NCBI GenBank assembly: GCA_043827405.1
Contig: JBDRPD010000013.1
Location: 32,990 to 96,989 of the forward strand
From: Elusimicrobiota bacterium
Lineage (GTDB): Bacteria; Elusimicrobiota; Elusimicrobia; UBA1565
Reading direction: 5' to 3'
Length of the DNA: 64,000 nucleotides
Shown: one piece after another, positions 25,778 through 38,110 of the stretch
Position numbering within the stretch: the first letter of the stretch is position 1
How the letters are laid out: each line of letters begins with the position of its first letter
Made by a program: the position numbers and the translations under genes
The notes under the pieces: model-generated
What the model saw: the letters and a program-made list of their open reading frames with translations, nothing else
Database searches by the model: none
What the model was told of the DNA's origin: nothing

Positions 25778-26311
25778 ATGAAAATACATGTCACAGGCCG
25801 CCGAATAAGTCTTACCCCGGCAATTAGGTCCTATATAGAAAAAAAGCTGCCCAAGGCGCAAAAATACTTTAAACAGATTGTCTGGGCACAGGTAATGATC
25901 GCGGTAGAGAAACGCGCGCATCAATGTGAAATCGTTATCCATGCGTCGAAGCAGACTTTCCGCGCGATGGCAAAATCCGCCAACCTGTACGCGGCCATCG
26001 ATCTGGCATCGGACAAGATCGACACGCAGCTGCGCAAGTACAAAGAACGGCTGAAGGATCGTGATAAGTGGCTGCCGTCTCCGGAGGACATCGTCCCCGA
26101 TGAGCCGGAGCTGTCTGCTGTGCGATTTTCCGTCGTTAAGCAGCTTTCGATGACGCCGATGTCTCCTGAGCGCGCGGCGCAGGAGATGGAGACCATGGGT
26201 TATAATTTTTGGATGTTCAAGAACGATAAATCCCGCCAGGTTAATGTGCTCTTCCGCCGGCTCGACGACAGCTTCGGCCTGCTCGAGCCCGAGAAGAAGG
26301 GCTCGCGATAG
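25778..26311 (+). CDS. hpf: Ribosome hibernation promoting factor (long HPF/RaiA)
   Basis: I.VTGR.I.LT.AIR.YIEKK, LYAAID, C-terminal domain PMS.E.A..EM..VNVLFRR.D..FGL. Confidence 0.93.
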   Translation: MKIHVTGRRISLTPAIRSYIEKKLPKAQKYFKQIVWAQVMIAVEKRAHQCEIVIHASKQTFRAMAKSANLYAAIDLASDKIDTQLRKYKERLKDRDKWLPSPEDIVPDEPELSAVRFSVVKQLSMTPMSPERAAQEMETMGYNFWMFKNDKSRQVNVLFRRLDDSFGLLEPEKKGSR

Positions 26312-26327
26312 TCGCCAGCGCCCATAA

Positions 26328-27278
26328 ATGATAAACCTCACCGTCGGCGATCTGCTCAAAGAGCAGCGCGATCGGTTGAGACTCAGCCTGGTGACGGGGG
26401 CGAAGTCGCTCGACCGTCTTATCACCACTCCCGAGGTGAACCGCCCCGGGCTGACGCTCGCCGGCTATCCCGCGCATTTCCGGGCGGAGCGCATTCAGAT
26501 TATCGGCTGGGGCGAGCATGCCTACTGCCGCAAGGCGCCGCCGTCGAGTCTGGAGCGCAACCTCAAGAACATGATCTCCAAACCGGAGACCCCCTGTCTC
26601 GTCATTACCCGGAACCTCTCCGCCCCCAAATCGCTTATTGACGCCTGCAAGAAGTTTAATGTTCCGCTGCTGCGCACGCGCCTGGATACGGCGGACTTTA
26701 TCGGCGAGCTCAATGCGCTGCTGGGTGATCTCCTGGCGCCCATGGTTCGCATGCATGGGGTGCTGGTGGACGTTTACGGCCTCGGGGTACTGATCGTCGG
26801 TGAAGCGGGTATCGGCAAATCCGAGTGCGCGCTGGAGCTGATCAAGCGCGGGCATATTCTGGTTTCGGACGATATGGTTGAAATCCACCAGCGGCACGGC
26901 GATATCCTGATCGGGGATTGCCCGGAAAACCTCGAGCACCACATGGAGGTGCGCGGGCTGGGTATTATCGATGTAAAACTGCTCTTCGGCGTCGGCGCCA
27001 CGATCAACAGCACCCGCATCGGTTTTATCGTGCAGCTGGAGGCGTGGAACCCCAGCGCCGAATACGAGCGCGTCGGCCTGGATCAAAAGACCATGCGCAT
27101 TTTGGACGTGGAAGTGCCGATGATCCGGATTCCCGTGCGGCCGGGGCGAAATCTGGCGGTGCTGATCGAAGTCGCGGCGCTGCATCAGCGCCTGCGCCTG
27201 CAGGGTTATTCCACGGCGGAGGTGTTTAATCGCGCCATTCTGGCGAAGACGGCGCACCGGGAAAAACGCGGGAGATGA
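26328..27278 (+). CDS. hprK: HPr(Ser) kinase/phosphorylase
   Basis: NRPGL.LAGY, HGVLVDVYGLGVLI.GEAGIGKSE, EVRGLGII, PVRPGRN. Confidence 0.96.
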   Translation: MINLTVGDLLKEQRDRLRLSLVTGAKSLDRLITTPEVNRPGLTLAGYPAHFRAERIQIIGWGEHAYCRKAPPSSLERNLKNMISKPETPCLVITRNLSAPKSLIDACKKFNVPLLRTRLDTADFIGELNALLGDLLAPMVRMHGVLVDVYGLGVLIVGEAGIGKSECALELIKRGHILVSDDMVEIHQRHGDILIGDCPENLEHHMEVRGLGIIDVKLLFGVGATINSTRIGFIVQLEAWNPSAEYERVGLDQKTMRILDVEVPMIRIPVRPGRNLAVLIEVAALHQRLRLQGYSTAEVFNRAILAKTAHREKRGR

Positions 27279-28126
27279 AAAAGCGGGTTCTCTACATCAT
27301 TACGGGGATTTCCGGCGCGGGCAAAAGTCAGGCGCTGAAAGTGTTTGAGGATTTCGGCTTCTTTTGCGTGGATAATCTTCCCGTAGTGCTCAGCGACAGC
27401 TTTTCCGACCTGTTAATGAAGTCGCCGCAGCGCCGCAAGGTCGCTCTTGGAATCGACATCCGCGGCGGCGAGTATCTGAAAAGCTTCGCCGAGTCGATCT
27501 CCAAACTGCGCGCGCGCGGCTGGAATTGCCGGGTGCTGTTTGTCGACGCGTCGGACAAGGTCGTTTTGCAGCGCTTTTCCGAGACCCGGCACCGCCACCC
27601 GCTGGGCAATAATCTGCAGCAGGCTATCCGGCGGGAGCGGCGGGACCTCTTGAATATTAAGGCGCTCGCCGACAAGATCATCGATACCAGCCAGTTGACG
27701 CTCGGCGAGCTGAAGGAAAAAATATCCGCCGCGATGGAGATGAAGCGCACGCAGGAGATGATCCTCTCTGTCGTTTCTTTCGGGTACAAGCATGGCCTGC
27801 CGCTGGATGCGGATTTGGTCATGGATGTGCGCTTTATGCCGAATCCAAATTATCAGCCCGCCTTAAAGAACAAGACGGGCCTCGACCGCCCGGTGCAGAC
27901 GTACATCCGGCGCCAGCCGCACGCCAAGGAATTTCTCAGGCAGTTTGGACGGCTGGTCCGCTCGTTGCTGCCGCACTATATTCGGGAAGGGAAGTCCTAC
28001 TTGACTATCGCGATCGGTTGTACGGGCGGGCGGCATCGCAGCGTTTACATCGCGCGCGCGATATATCGCGAGCTGAAGGACAGCGGGTACCGGGTGAAAG
28101 AGTATCATAGGGACTTGGACCGATGA
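27275..28126 (+). CDS. rapZ: RNase adapter RapZ/YvcJ P-loop protein
   Basis: TGISGAGKS, VDNLP, SFGYKHG, GCTGGRHRSV. Confidence 0.95.
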   Translation: MKKRVLYIITGISGAGKSQALKVFEDFGFFCVDNLPVVLSDSFSDLLMKSPQRRKVALGIDIRGGEYLKSFAESISKLRARGWNCRVLFVDASDKVVLQRFSETRHRHPLGNNLQQAIRRERRDLLNIKALADKIIDTSQLTLGELKEKISAAMEMKRTQEMILSVVSFGYKHGLPLDADLVMDVRFMPNPNYQPALKNKTGLDRPVQTYIRRQPHAKEFLRQFGRLVRSLLPHYIREGKSYLTIAIGCTGGRHRSVYIARAIYRELKDSGYRVKEYHRDLDR

Positions 28127-28533
28127 TTAATTTGATTATCGTGACGCACGGAGAATTCGGCGCCTATCTCGTAGAGGCCGCCGAGGGCGTCGTCGGCGGA
28201 CAGGAATCCGGCATCGCGTCCATCGGCATCTCCTCCCGGGTGACGGTTGATGAGGTGAGCCGCCGGCTGAAGTGTGCGCTGCGTGAAATGACCGGCAGCG
28301 GCGGCATTATCATCATGACGGATATGCCCGGCGGCACGCCGTGCAATGTCACGCTGCCGCTGGTGCGCGAGAGAGATGACGTCCGGGTAATAAGCGGCGT
28401 GAACCTGTATATGCTGGTGACGGCGTTCAACTCCAGGAAGACCCTGTCTTTGGCCGCGCTGGCGGAAAAGCTGATTGTCGCGGGAAAGCGCTCCGTGGCG
28501 GATCTCAATTCTCTGCTGGCGGCCGGCAAATGA
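28123..28533 (+). CDS. PTS mannose/fructose/sorbose-family EIIA
   Basis: IVTHG, TDMPGGTP.N, GVNLYML. Confidence 0.92.
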   Translation: MINLIIVTHGEFGAYLVEAAEGVVGGQESGIASIGISSRVTVDEVSRRLKCALREMTGSGGIIIMTDMPGGTPCNVTLPLVRERDDVRVISGVNLYMLVTAFNSRKTLSLAALAEKLIVAGKRSVADLNSLLAAGK

Positions 28534-29012
28534 TCGTACTGGTGCGCATCGATGACCGGCTGGTGCACGGGCAGGTTGTTGAGGGCTGGCTTCCCGCATT
28601 AGGCGCGGACGCCATTCTTGTCGTGTCCGATCAGGCGGCGAGCGATCCGCTGCAGACTTCTTTGATGCGGCTGGCGCTGCCGGAAGGCGTCGCGCTTGAG
28701 ATTTGCTCCGTGCCGGCGGCGACGGAGGCCTACGCCGCCGCGATGCGCGGCGGCGGAAACACCGTTGTTCTGGTGCCCGGTCCGGCCGAAGCGCTGGCCA
28801 TGGTCGAGGCGGGAGCCGAGATCCGTGAGATCAACGTGGGCGGACTGCATTTTGCCGCCGGCCGCGTGCAGCTGGGTAAAGCGATCTTCCTGAGCGAGGA
28901 GGATGCCCGGTCTCTGCGCAGCCTGGTCGAGCGGGGCGTCCGGCTGGAGGGGCGCGCGGTACCGACCGACCGCGCGGCCGATGTGGCGGAGATGATCGAG
29001 GAACGGCTGTAG
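28530..29012 (+). CDS. PTS mannose-family EIIB
   Basis: RIDDRLVHGQV, INVGG. Confidence 0.93.
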   Translation: MIVLVRIDDRLVHGQVVEGWLPALGADAILVVSDQAASDPLQTSLMRLALPEGVALEICSVPAATEAYAAAMRGGGNTVVLVPGPAEALAMVEAGAEIREINVGGLHFAAGRVQLGKAIFLSEEDARSLRSLVERGVRLEGRAVPTDRAADVAEMIEERL

Positions 29013-29017
29013 CTTAG

Positions 29018-29641
29018 ATGAGCGAATGGCACTTTATTCTGCTGCCGATGATGAGCGGGTGGGTGGCGCTGCTGGAGCTGGACGCGGTGTATGTCGGTCA
29101 GTGGATGCTGTCGCGGCCGCTTTTTGTCGGACCGCTCTTGGGCCTGATCTGCGGCCAGCTGCCTTTGGGCTTGTCGGTCGGCGCGCTGTTCGAGTTGTTC
29201 GCCCTGGAGGCGCTGCCGGTGGGGACGGTCATTCCCATCAACGGGGCGGTTGCGGCCGGCTGTGCGGTTCTGATGTCCGCCGGCCCCAACGCCGTTCCGG
29301 TCGCCGTGGCCTTTCCCGCCGCCGTGGGTATCGGCGCGGGGCACCGGTGGATGGAGAGCCGGGTCCGGCAATGGCGCGGAGCGCTCGGCCTGCGGGCGCT
29401 GCAGTCGCTGGAAGAAGACGACCGGGTGGATTGGGAAGACGTGCTGCTTTGGGGGCTTGGTCCGTATGCCGCACTGACGGCGTTATGGGTCTATCTGGCG
29501 GTCGCCCTGCTGGGTCCGATATTAGTGCTGCTCTGGGGCGCGGCGCCGCTGTTTCTGCGCGAGGGTTTGGATTTTGGGTTTCGGGCCGCCGCGGGCATCG
29601 GGCTGGGCGTATTGACGCACGCGCTTTTGAGGAAGAGCTAG
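29018..29641 (+). CDS. PTS mannose-family EIIC
   Basis: GQ.MLSRPL..G...GLI.G....G..VGA.FEL......PVG; hydrophobic. Confidence 0.85.
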   Translation: MSEWHFILLPMMSGWVALLELDAVYVGQWMLSRPLFVGPLLGLICGQLPLGLSVGALFELFALEALPVGTVIPINGAVAAGCAVLMSAGPNAVPVAVAFPAAVGIGAGHRWMESRVRQWRGALGLRALQSLEEDDRVDWEDVLLWGLGPYAALTALWVYLAVALLGPILVLLWGAAPLFLREGLDFGFRAAAGIGLGVLTHALLRKS

Positions 29642-30412
29642 GTGGATAAGGATATGCAGGCCGCGGTATTTTCCCGCTCGCTTCTGCTGCAGGCGGGCTG
29701 GAGCTATGAGGGGATGCAGAACCTCGGTTTTGTTATGGCTTTGGATCCATGGCTGCGGCGCCTGTACCGGGAGCCTGAGGAGTACCGGCGAGCGGTCCGC
29801 CGTCATCTGGGCTATTTTAATACGCATCCGTATATGGTCGGCATCGTGCTCGGCGCCGTCGGCAAGCTGGAAGAGCGGCGCTGCGAAACCGCGGAGGAAT
29901 CGCGCGACGAGCTCGACCGGCGTATCGACCAAATGAAAAAATCATTATCGGCGGCCCTGGCGGCGGTCGGTGATTCGTTTTTTTGGGGGGCACTGAGGCC
30001 GGCATGCGCCGCCTGGACGGTGCTGCTCTGGCTGGTGCTGTGGACGTACCGGGTGCCGCATGCGGCCTTTTGGAGCGCCGTGTTTTATTTGACGGTTTTC
30101 AATACGCCGGCGCTCTGGGCGCGCTGGCGCGGCATTCGTTTGGGCTACGGCGAACCGGAAGGAATCGTCGCGAAACTGGAAGGCCTGCGCTGGCAGCGAA
30201 AAGCGCGATGGCTGCGCCGGGCGGGATTGCTGGCGGTGGCGCTGATCCTCGCCGCGTCATGGCTCGTTCCGCCGTGGGGCGGCGCGGTGAGCTGGGTCGG
30301 CGCCGGTGTTTTCGGCGCGGCGCTCTGGCTGCGCACCATGGGTGCGACGGGGGTGACGATATATGCGGGCGCGGTGGTTCTGGGCTGCCTCGCGGCGCTG
30401 GCGGGTCTATGA
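29642..30412 (+). CDS. PTS mannose-family EIID
   Basis: WSYEGMQNLGF, HL.YFNTHP, LAAVGDSFFWG. Confidence 0.92.
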   Translation: MDKDMQAAVFSRSLLLQAGWSYEGMQNLGFVMALDPWLRRLYREPEEYRRAVRRHLGYFNTHPYMVGIVLGAVGKLEERRCETAEESRDELDRRIDQMKKSLSAALAAVGDSFFWGALRPACAAWTVLLWLVLWTYRVPHAAFWSAVFYLTVFNTPALWARWRGIRLGYGEPEGIVAKLEGLRWQRKARWLRRAGLLAVALILAASWLVPPWGGAVSWVGAGVFGAALWLRTMGATGVTIYAGAVVLGCLAALAGL

Positions 30413-30687
30413 TAGAGCAGGAATTTACCGTCGAGAATCGGCTCGGACTGCACGCGCGGCCCGCGGCGCTGTTTGTCCGCGCGGCGTCTAAATTCCGCTG
30501 CCAGGTGAAGGTCACTAAAAATGTCGACGGCGACAAGATTGAAGTCAATGGCAAGAGCGTGATGGGCATCCTGATGCTTGCGGTCGCATATGGCGAGCGC
30601 GTCAGCGTCGTTCTCGACGGTCCGGATGAGCAGGAAGCGCTGCGCGCGTTTGGGGACTTATTCGCGGAGAAATTTAGTGAGGAATAG
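30409..30687 (+). CDS. ptsH: Phosphocarrier protein HPr
   Basis: NRLGLHARPAA (His15), NGKSVMGIL (Ser46); ATG overlaps the EIID stop. Confidence 0.95.
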   Translation: MIEQEFTVENRLGLHARPAALFVRAASKFRCQVKVTKNVDGDKIEVNGKSVMGILMLAVAYGERVSVVLDGPDEQEALRAFGDLFAEKFSEE

Positions 30688-30696
30688 CGGCCAGGC

Positions 30697-32414
30697 ATGA
30701 TTGTCATTAAAGGCATAGCGGCCAGCCCCGGAATAGCGATCGGGAAAGCGTATGCCGTTGAAAATGAAGAGATCGTGATCAATCGCGTCGAGCTCGCTGA
30801 CGACGATAAGGTCAAGGACGAGGTTCGGCGGTTTAAGACGGCCCTGGAGGCAACGCATAAAGATTTGGATGCGGTGGAGGAGCGGGCGCTTAAGACCCTG
30901 GGCAAGGAGCATGCGCGGCTCATTGATACCCACCGCTATATCCTGCGCGATCCGCTGATCACCAAAGACGTTACCAAGCGCATTCAGGAAGAGCGCGTCA
31001 ACGCGGAGTTCGCCTTGTCGGAAGCGCTGGAGACGGTCAACCGCGCTTTCGAGCAGATGAAGGATGAGTTTTTCCGTGAACGGCGGCACGACTTGTTTGA
31101 TGTCGGCAAGCGGCTGCTGTCGCACCTGATGAAGAAGGAGAAGCGGAAGTTCTCCCACATCAAGCAGCCCTCCATCCTGGTGGCCCGCAATCTTCTTCCG
31201 TCGGACACGCTGCATATGCGGGAAAATAACGTACTGGGCTTTGTGACCGACCTGGGAGGCAAGACCAGCCATACCGCCATTCTGGCGCAGAGCATGGAGC
31301 TGCCGGCCGTGGTCGGCCTTTCCGACGCGAGCCACCGCGTTAAGACCGGCGATGGGATCATTTTGGACGGCGATCAGGGTTTGGTGATTATTCACCCCAG
31401 CCCCGAGGCGATCGCCAAGTACGAGACGGTCCGCCAGAAGTCGCTGCGTGAGGATCAGGTGCTCGACGGCCTGCGCGGTGCGCCGGCGGTCACCGCGGAC
31501 GGCCACCGGCTCAAAATGATGATCAACATCGACACGCCCGATGAGGTCAAGAGCGTCAAAAGCCTGAAGGCGGACGGGGTGGGCCTGTACCGTACCGAGT
31601 ACCTGTATCTTAATCGCGACAAGGCGCCGTCCGAGGAGGAGCAGGCGAAGATTTATACGCAGGTTACCAAATGCATGCAGGGCAAGCCGATCGTTATCCG
31701 CACCGCCGATATTGGCGGCGACCGGCTGACGCAGCTCGGCTTCGAGGGCCCGAAAAACGAAATAAACCCGTTTATGGGCCTGCGGGGAATCCGCCTGTTC
31801 CTGCGGCACTCCGACCTGCTGAAGACGCAGTTCCGTGCGATCCTGCGGGCGGCGCCGCACGGGAAGGTGCGGGTGATGCTGCCCATGGTCTCCTCGGTGA
31901 TGGAGGTGCGGGCGGCGCATAAAATCTTCCTGCAGGCGCAGCAGGAGCTGCTGGCGGAGGGAATCAAGCTGCCCAAGAAAGTGCCGCTCGGCATTATGGT
32001 GGAGATCCCGTCCGCCGCCGTGATTTTGGACCTGCTGCTCGAGGAGGTGGACTTCATCTCGGTCGGGACCAACGATCTTATCCAGTATATCCTGGCGGTG
32101 GACCGCATCAATGAGGAGGTCGCGCACCTCTATGATCCGTTCAATCCCGCCGTTGTGCGCGTGCTCAAGCAGATCGTCGACGTCTCGCGGAAAAAGGGAG
32201 TGAAGGTCACGGTATGCGGCGAGATGACGTCCGATCCCAAGGCCGTTCCGCTGCTGGTCGGACTGGGCGTCGACATCCTGTCGGTTACGCCGCGCATGTA
32301 TTTGCGGATCAAGCAGATCGTGCGCTCCCTGAAGATGGAAGATATGAAGAGCGCCGTCGCCAAGGCCATGAAGCTGGCGGATTCGGATTCCATTCGAGCG
32401 CTCTTCGGCGAATC

Positions 32415-32418
<4 letters not shown>
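30697..32418 (+). CDS. ptsI: PEP-protein phosphotransferase (Enzyme I)
   Basis: GIAASPG, GGKTSHTAI, GLYRTE, NPFMGLRGIR, GTNDLIQY, CGE. Confidence 0.97.
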
Positions 32419-34226
<1,808 letters not shown>

Positions 34227-34264
34227 GCGCGGGGCGCCGCGAAGAGTTAGAATACCGGTCAATT

Positions 34265-35263
34265 ATGGAAATGCGACTACTTTGCGCCGGCGTCGTGATG
34301 CTGGCCTACGCCTTATTGTCCCGGCGCTTTCTTAAGAAGAAGGCGCTGGATACGCGGTGGAAGACGGCGGCCTGGCATGGGCTGTTTTTGGCGCTGGCGG
34401 GCTTTCTGGTTGTTATGGTGGCGGCCCTTTCTATTGAAAGCCGCATGCGTTCAGCGGCGGATTTTTCCACGCTGTTCAGCCTGCGGCATCTTATGCCGGG
34501 ACTCCTCGGCGGGCTGGCGCTTGGGGGCGTCGGTTTTTGGCGCGCCTGGACCAGGGGCGGCACGGCCGAGCATCGGGGGCATTATCTTAATGAGGATTTG
34601 GAATGGGCCGAGACGATCTACTCGGCCGTTCTCCTGGCCGGCCTGCTGATGTCGTTCGTGATCCAGGCCTTTAAGATCCCCTCCGGTTCGATGGAAACCA
34701 CGCTGCGGATCGGGGACCATCTCTTCGTCAACCGCTTCGTATATGGTCTGCGCGTGCCGCTTTCGCATAAGTGGTTTATGCGTTTCTGGGAGGTGCGGCG
34801 GGGAGATATCGTGGTCTTCGACTTTCCGACCGCTGACAAAGACGAGGAGCACTGCGGCAGCCTGCAGTACGGCAAGGATTTTATTAAGCGCGTAATCGCC
34901 GTTCCCGGTGATCAGGTAGAGGTTAAGGAAGGCGTTGTGATTCTTAATAATGAGCCGCAGCTTAATGAGCCGTACGCGCATTTTATGCCCGGCGAAAGCC
35001 GGGTGCCGCGGCCGCGGGTGCCGTTGACGGCGCCGCAGTACCAGAAATATTGGGAGCAGCGCCTGCTGGATAAAAAGCTGGGAGAGCAGATGAAGGACAA
35101 CTTCGGCCCGATCACTATTGCGCAGGATGACTATTTCGTTATGGGCGACAACCGCGACCGCTCCTGCGACGGCCGCTTCTGGGGTCCCGTCCCGCACCGC
35201 TATTTGAAGGGAAAGGCCTGGTTTATTTATTGGCCGCCGTCCCGTATGGGATTTATCCATTGA
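34265..35263 (+). CDS. lepB: Signal peptidase I with extra N-terminal membrane segments
   Basis: QAFKIPSGSM, FIKRVIA.PGD, GDNRD.S.DGRFWG. Confidence 0.94.
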   Translation: MEMRLLCAGVVMLAYALLSRRFLKKKALDTRWKTAAWHGLFLALAGFLVVMVAALSIESRMRSAADFSTLFSLRHLMPGLLGGLALGGVGFWRAWTRGGTAEHRGHYLNEDLEWAETIYSAVLLAGLLMSFVIQAFKIPSGSMETTLRIGDHLFVNRFVYGLRVPLSHKWFMRFWEVRRGDIVVFDFPTADKDEEHCGSLQYGKDFIKRVIAVPGDQVEVKEGVVILNNEPQLNEPYAHFMPGESRVPRPRVPLTAPQYQKYWEQRLLDKKLGEQMKDNFGPITIAQDDYFVMGDNRDRSCDGRFWGPVPHRYLKGKAWFIYWPPSRMGFIH

Positions 35264-36552
35264 CGCATTGGCTGCTGGCCGCCGTTCTCCTCGTCGGCGC
35301 GGCGCAGAGCGCCGACGTCAAGCCGCGTGTTTTATTGGCGCCCTATACCGGCATCATCACGCCGGTCGCCTCCGAGTTCTACCGCGGCGCGATACGCCGG
35401 GCGGAAGACGAGAAGTTCGACGCCGTTGTTCTGCAACTGGACACGCCGGGCGGCCTGGACCTGTCGATGCGCGAGATAATCAAGGCGATTATGGGCGCTC
35501 GGGTTCCGGTCATCGTCTACGTGCATCCGACCGGCAGCCGGGCGGCTTCCGCCGGCGTCTTTATAACTATGGCGGCGCATGTGGCGGCGATGACCCCCGG
35601 CACCAATATCGGCGCCGCCCACCCGGTAGCGCTGCCGACCATTAGCCTGCCGAAGGACGAGAAAAAGGGCGGCGATAAAGTGCTCGAAGGGAAAATGGTC
35701 AACGATGCGGCCGCCTACCTCAAGTCAATCGCCCAGAAGCGGGAGCGCAACGAGGACTGGGCCTACGCGGCGGTTTCCAAGAGCACCTCGATCCCGGCCG
35801 GCGAGGCCCTGTCGCTGGGGGTGATCGATATCGTGTCGCCCGATTTGCCTTCGCTGCTCGGTGATATTGACGGAAAAAAGCTGGCCGATTTCGATCGGCC
35901 GCTGCGCACCGCGGGCGCCGTGATCGTGCGCGAAGAAATGACGCGGCGGCAGCGGTGGCTGGCCGCGATCGCGAACCCGAACGTCGCCATGATCCTCATG
36001 AGCCTTGGCGCCGGCGGACTTTTTATTGAGCTGTACAACCCCGGCCTGATCCTTCCCGGCATTATCGGCGCGATCTGCTTGCTCTTGGCGTTCTACGCTT
36101 TTGAGACGCTGTCGGCGAGCTATGCCGGAATCCTGCTGATCGTGTCGGGGATTGTTTTCCTGCTGCTGGAGATCAAGGTGACGAGTTTCGGCTTATTGGC
36201 GCTGGGCGGCGTCGCCGCAATGTTCTTGGGGGTACTCATGCTCTTTCAGCAATCCATGGGAGGCCTGAGCGTCTCCTGGGGCGTGATCGTTAGTTCGATC
36301 GGGGGGCTGGCCGCCCTGACCTTCCTGATTTCCTATGTCGTCTATCGCGTCTACAGGCGCCGGCCCGCGTCGGGTATGGAGGGAATGGTGGGGGAAGAAG
36401 GCGTGACCCTTGACGTCCTTGATCCGGTCGGGCAGGTCCGCGTTCACGGTGAGATATGGGAGGCCGAGTCCCTTTCCGGCGAGCTTGGGAAGGGTGCGGA
36501 GATTGTGGTCGAAGACGGCTCCCGCCTGCGCCTTAAAGTCCGCAAGAAGTAG
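35260..36552 (+). CDS. NfeD-family membrane-bound serine protease (ClpP-like + TM + OB fold)
   Basis: LDTPGGL, RAASAG, PGTNIGAAHPV, C-terminal GQVRVHGEIWEA. Confidence 0.92.
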   Translation: MTHWLLAAVLLVGAAQSADVKPRVLLAPYTGIITPVASEFYRGAIRRAEDEKFDAVVLQLDTPGGLDLSMREIIKAIMGARVPVIVYVHPTGSRAASAGVFITMAAHVAAMTPGTNIGAAHPVALPTISLPKDEKKGGDKVLEGKMVNDAAAYLKSIAQKRERNEDWAYAAVSKSTSIPAGEALSLGVIDIVSPDLPSLLGDIDGKKLADFDRPLRTAGAVIVREEMTRRQRWLAAIANPNVAMILMSLGAGGLFIELYNPGLILPGIIGAICLLLAFYAFETLSASYAGILLIVSGIVFLLLEIKVTSFGLLALGGVAAMFLGVLMLFQQSMGGLSVSWGVIVSSIGGLAALTFLISYVVYRVYRRRPASGMEGMVGEEGVTLDVLDPVGQVRVHGEIWEAESLSGELGKGAEIVVEDGSRLRLKVRKK

Positions 36553-36562
36553 CCGCCGCGGC

Positions 36563-36629
36563 TAGGACCTAAGACGGCCGTCTCCTGGGCCCTTTATCTC
36601 TTCCCGCTCCTGCTGCCGTGTGATAGAAT
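36563..36629 (+). promoter_or_regulatory. Two phased boxes plus extended -10
   Basis: TAGGACCTAAGACGGC (36563), TGGGCCCTTTATCTCT (36586), then 22 bp to TAGAAT (36624) preceded by TGA. Confidence 0.55.
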
Positions 36630-36637
36630 CACCGGAC

Positions 36638-38110
36638 ATGCAAAAACGGAGTTTATCCCGCCGTCTATGGGTGTTGATTCTATGCTGTGCGCTGCCGGGC
36701 CACGGTTTCGCTTCCGGCATCGCCGCTTCGATTACGAATGCCGCCCGGCCTGCGGGGACCGCCGCCGGCGCCGCGGGGGCGGCGTATTGTGCGCCGACGG
36801 CTTTGCGGTCGCTGGAGTTTCAGCTTAACGAAACCGCGCTGCGTCTCGGAACGTCTTTGCCGGCCGCCGCAGCGGCACAATACTTGGCGCGTGCGGGGCT
36901 GGAAACCTCGGCGCCCACCCGCGAGCTGACGGCATCGGCGCTGACCGCACGGTACTTAAGCGGCGTGCTCGCCCGGCCGGTACTGCGCGCGCGGGTACGG
37001 TCGGTGCTGGAAAAGCGCGGGGGAACGCGCGGTGCTGAACTAGCGCATAGGCTGGAGGAGGTCGGGCGCGCGGTCGAGTCGCTGGCGGAGTTCCAGCAGC
37101 TGGCGGCGGACGCGGATTTTGCGCCGCAGAAAGAGAGTTTTCACCGCGCGCTGTTTGACGGGAGCGGGCCGGAGTTGGGGCCGGAGCGGTTCGCGCAGTA
37201 CGCGGCCCGGCTTTTCGCCGGCGGCGCGCTGCGGGCGCCGGCGGTAGCGGAAACCGGCCGGCAGGGCGGGCGCATTGAGGCGGTTCCCGAGGATCAGGAA
37301 TTGTATGACCGCGTTGAGCTGTCCCCTTTGACCAACCCCGAGCGGGAGCGGGTCGTTATCGATCTTTTTCATCGCGCCGGGGCGGCGGAGCGGGAGGTTC
37401 TGCTGCAGGACGCCGGGGACGGCCGCAATAATATCTATGTCGTGAAGCCGGGACGAACCGACCGGGTCGTGGTCGTGGGCGGCCACCATGACAAGGTCCG
37501 GCGCGGGGCCGGCACCATCGACAACTGGACCGGCGCGACCATGGTCGTCAATCTCTACCAGGCGCTCAAAGACGTCGATACGGAGGCGACCTACGTTTTT
37601 GTCGCCTTCGCGCGCGAGGAAGAGGGGCTGCTCGGCTCCAAGCGTTTTTTAAGCGCGCTGTCTCGTGCCGAGCAAAAGAAGATCGATTCGATGATTAATC
37701 TGGATACGCTGGCGGTGGATGGGACATTTTCCTGGCAGAATAATTCCGACCAGACGCTGCTGCGGATGATTAAGGAAACGGCGCGGCGAACGGGCCGCGC
37801 TCTTCAGGAAATGAGCCTATGGGGCGGGGACGCCGACTCCTCAAGCTTCCGCCGCGCCGGCATTCCGGCGATGACGGTCATGGGCGCGTCCAACAGCGTT
37901 ATCTGGGATATTGTCCACAGCGCCAATGATAATATCGCCGCGTTTTCGTTGCGCCACTACAAAAACGCCTATCTCTTGGTGCGGGACCTGCTGCTGGATA
38001 TCGACGGCAGCCCGGTGCGTCCTTCCGGCTGGCGGCGCTTGGCGCGCTGGGCGCAGCGCATGACCGCAGCGCTGTTTAGGCCGGCGCCTGGGATGCCGCC
38101 GGCAGGCTGA
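36638..38110 (+). CDS. Exported M28-family peptidase with FDG-type leader
   Basis: Signal peptide; LFDG 37151-37162; GGHHD, IDNWTG, FAREEEGL.GS, INLDT, DADS, HSAND. Confidence 0.8.
   Translation: MQKRSLSRRLWVLILCCALPGHGFASGIAASITNAARPAGTAAGAAGAAYCAPTALRSLEFQLNETALRLGTSLPAAAAAQYLARAGLETSAPTRELTASALTARYLSGVLARPVLRARVRSVLEKRGGTRGAELAHRLEEVGRAVESLAEFQQLAADADFAPQKESFHRALFDGSGPELGPERFAQYAARLFAGGALRAPAVAETGRQGGRIEAVPEDQELYDRVELSPLTNPERERVVIDLFHRAGAAEREVLLQDAGDGRNNIYVVKPGRTDRVVVVGGHHDKVRRGAGTIDNWTGATMVVNLYQALKDVDTEATYVFVAFAREEEGLLGSKRFLSALSRAEQKKIDSMINLDTLAVDGTFSWQNNSDQTLLRMIKETARRTGRALQEMSLWGGDADSSSFRRAGIPAMTVMGASNSVIWDIVHSANDNIAAFSLRHYKNAYLLVRDLLLDIDGSPVRPSGWRRLARWAQRMTAALFRPAPGMPPAG

Noticed and set aside
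29983..30408. Apparent long HPr fusion
   Set aside because: Out-of-frame overlap with EIID; HPr begins at 30409.
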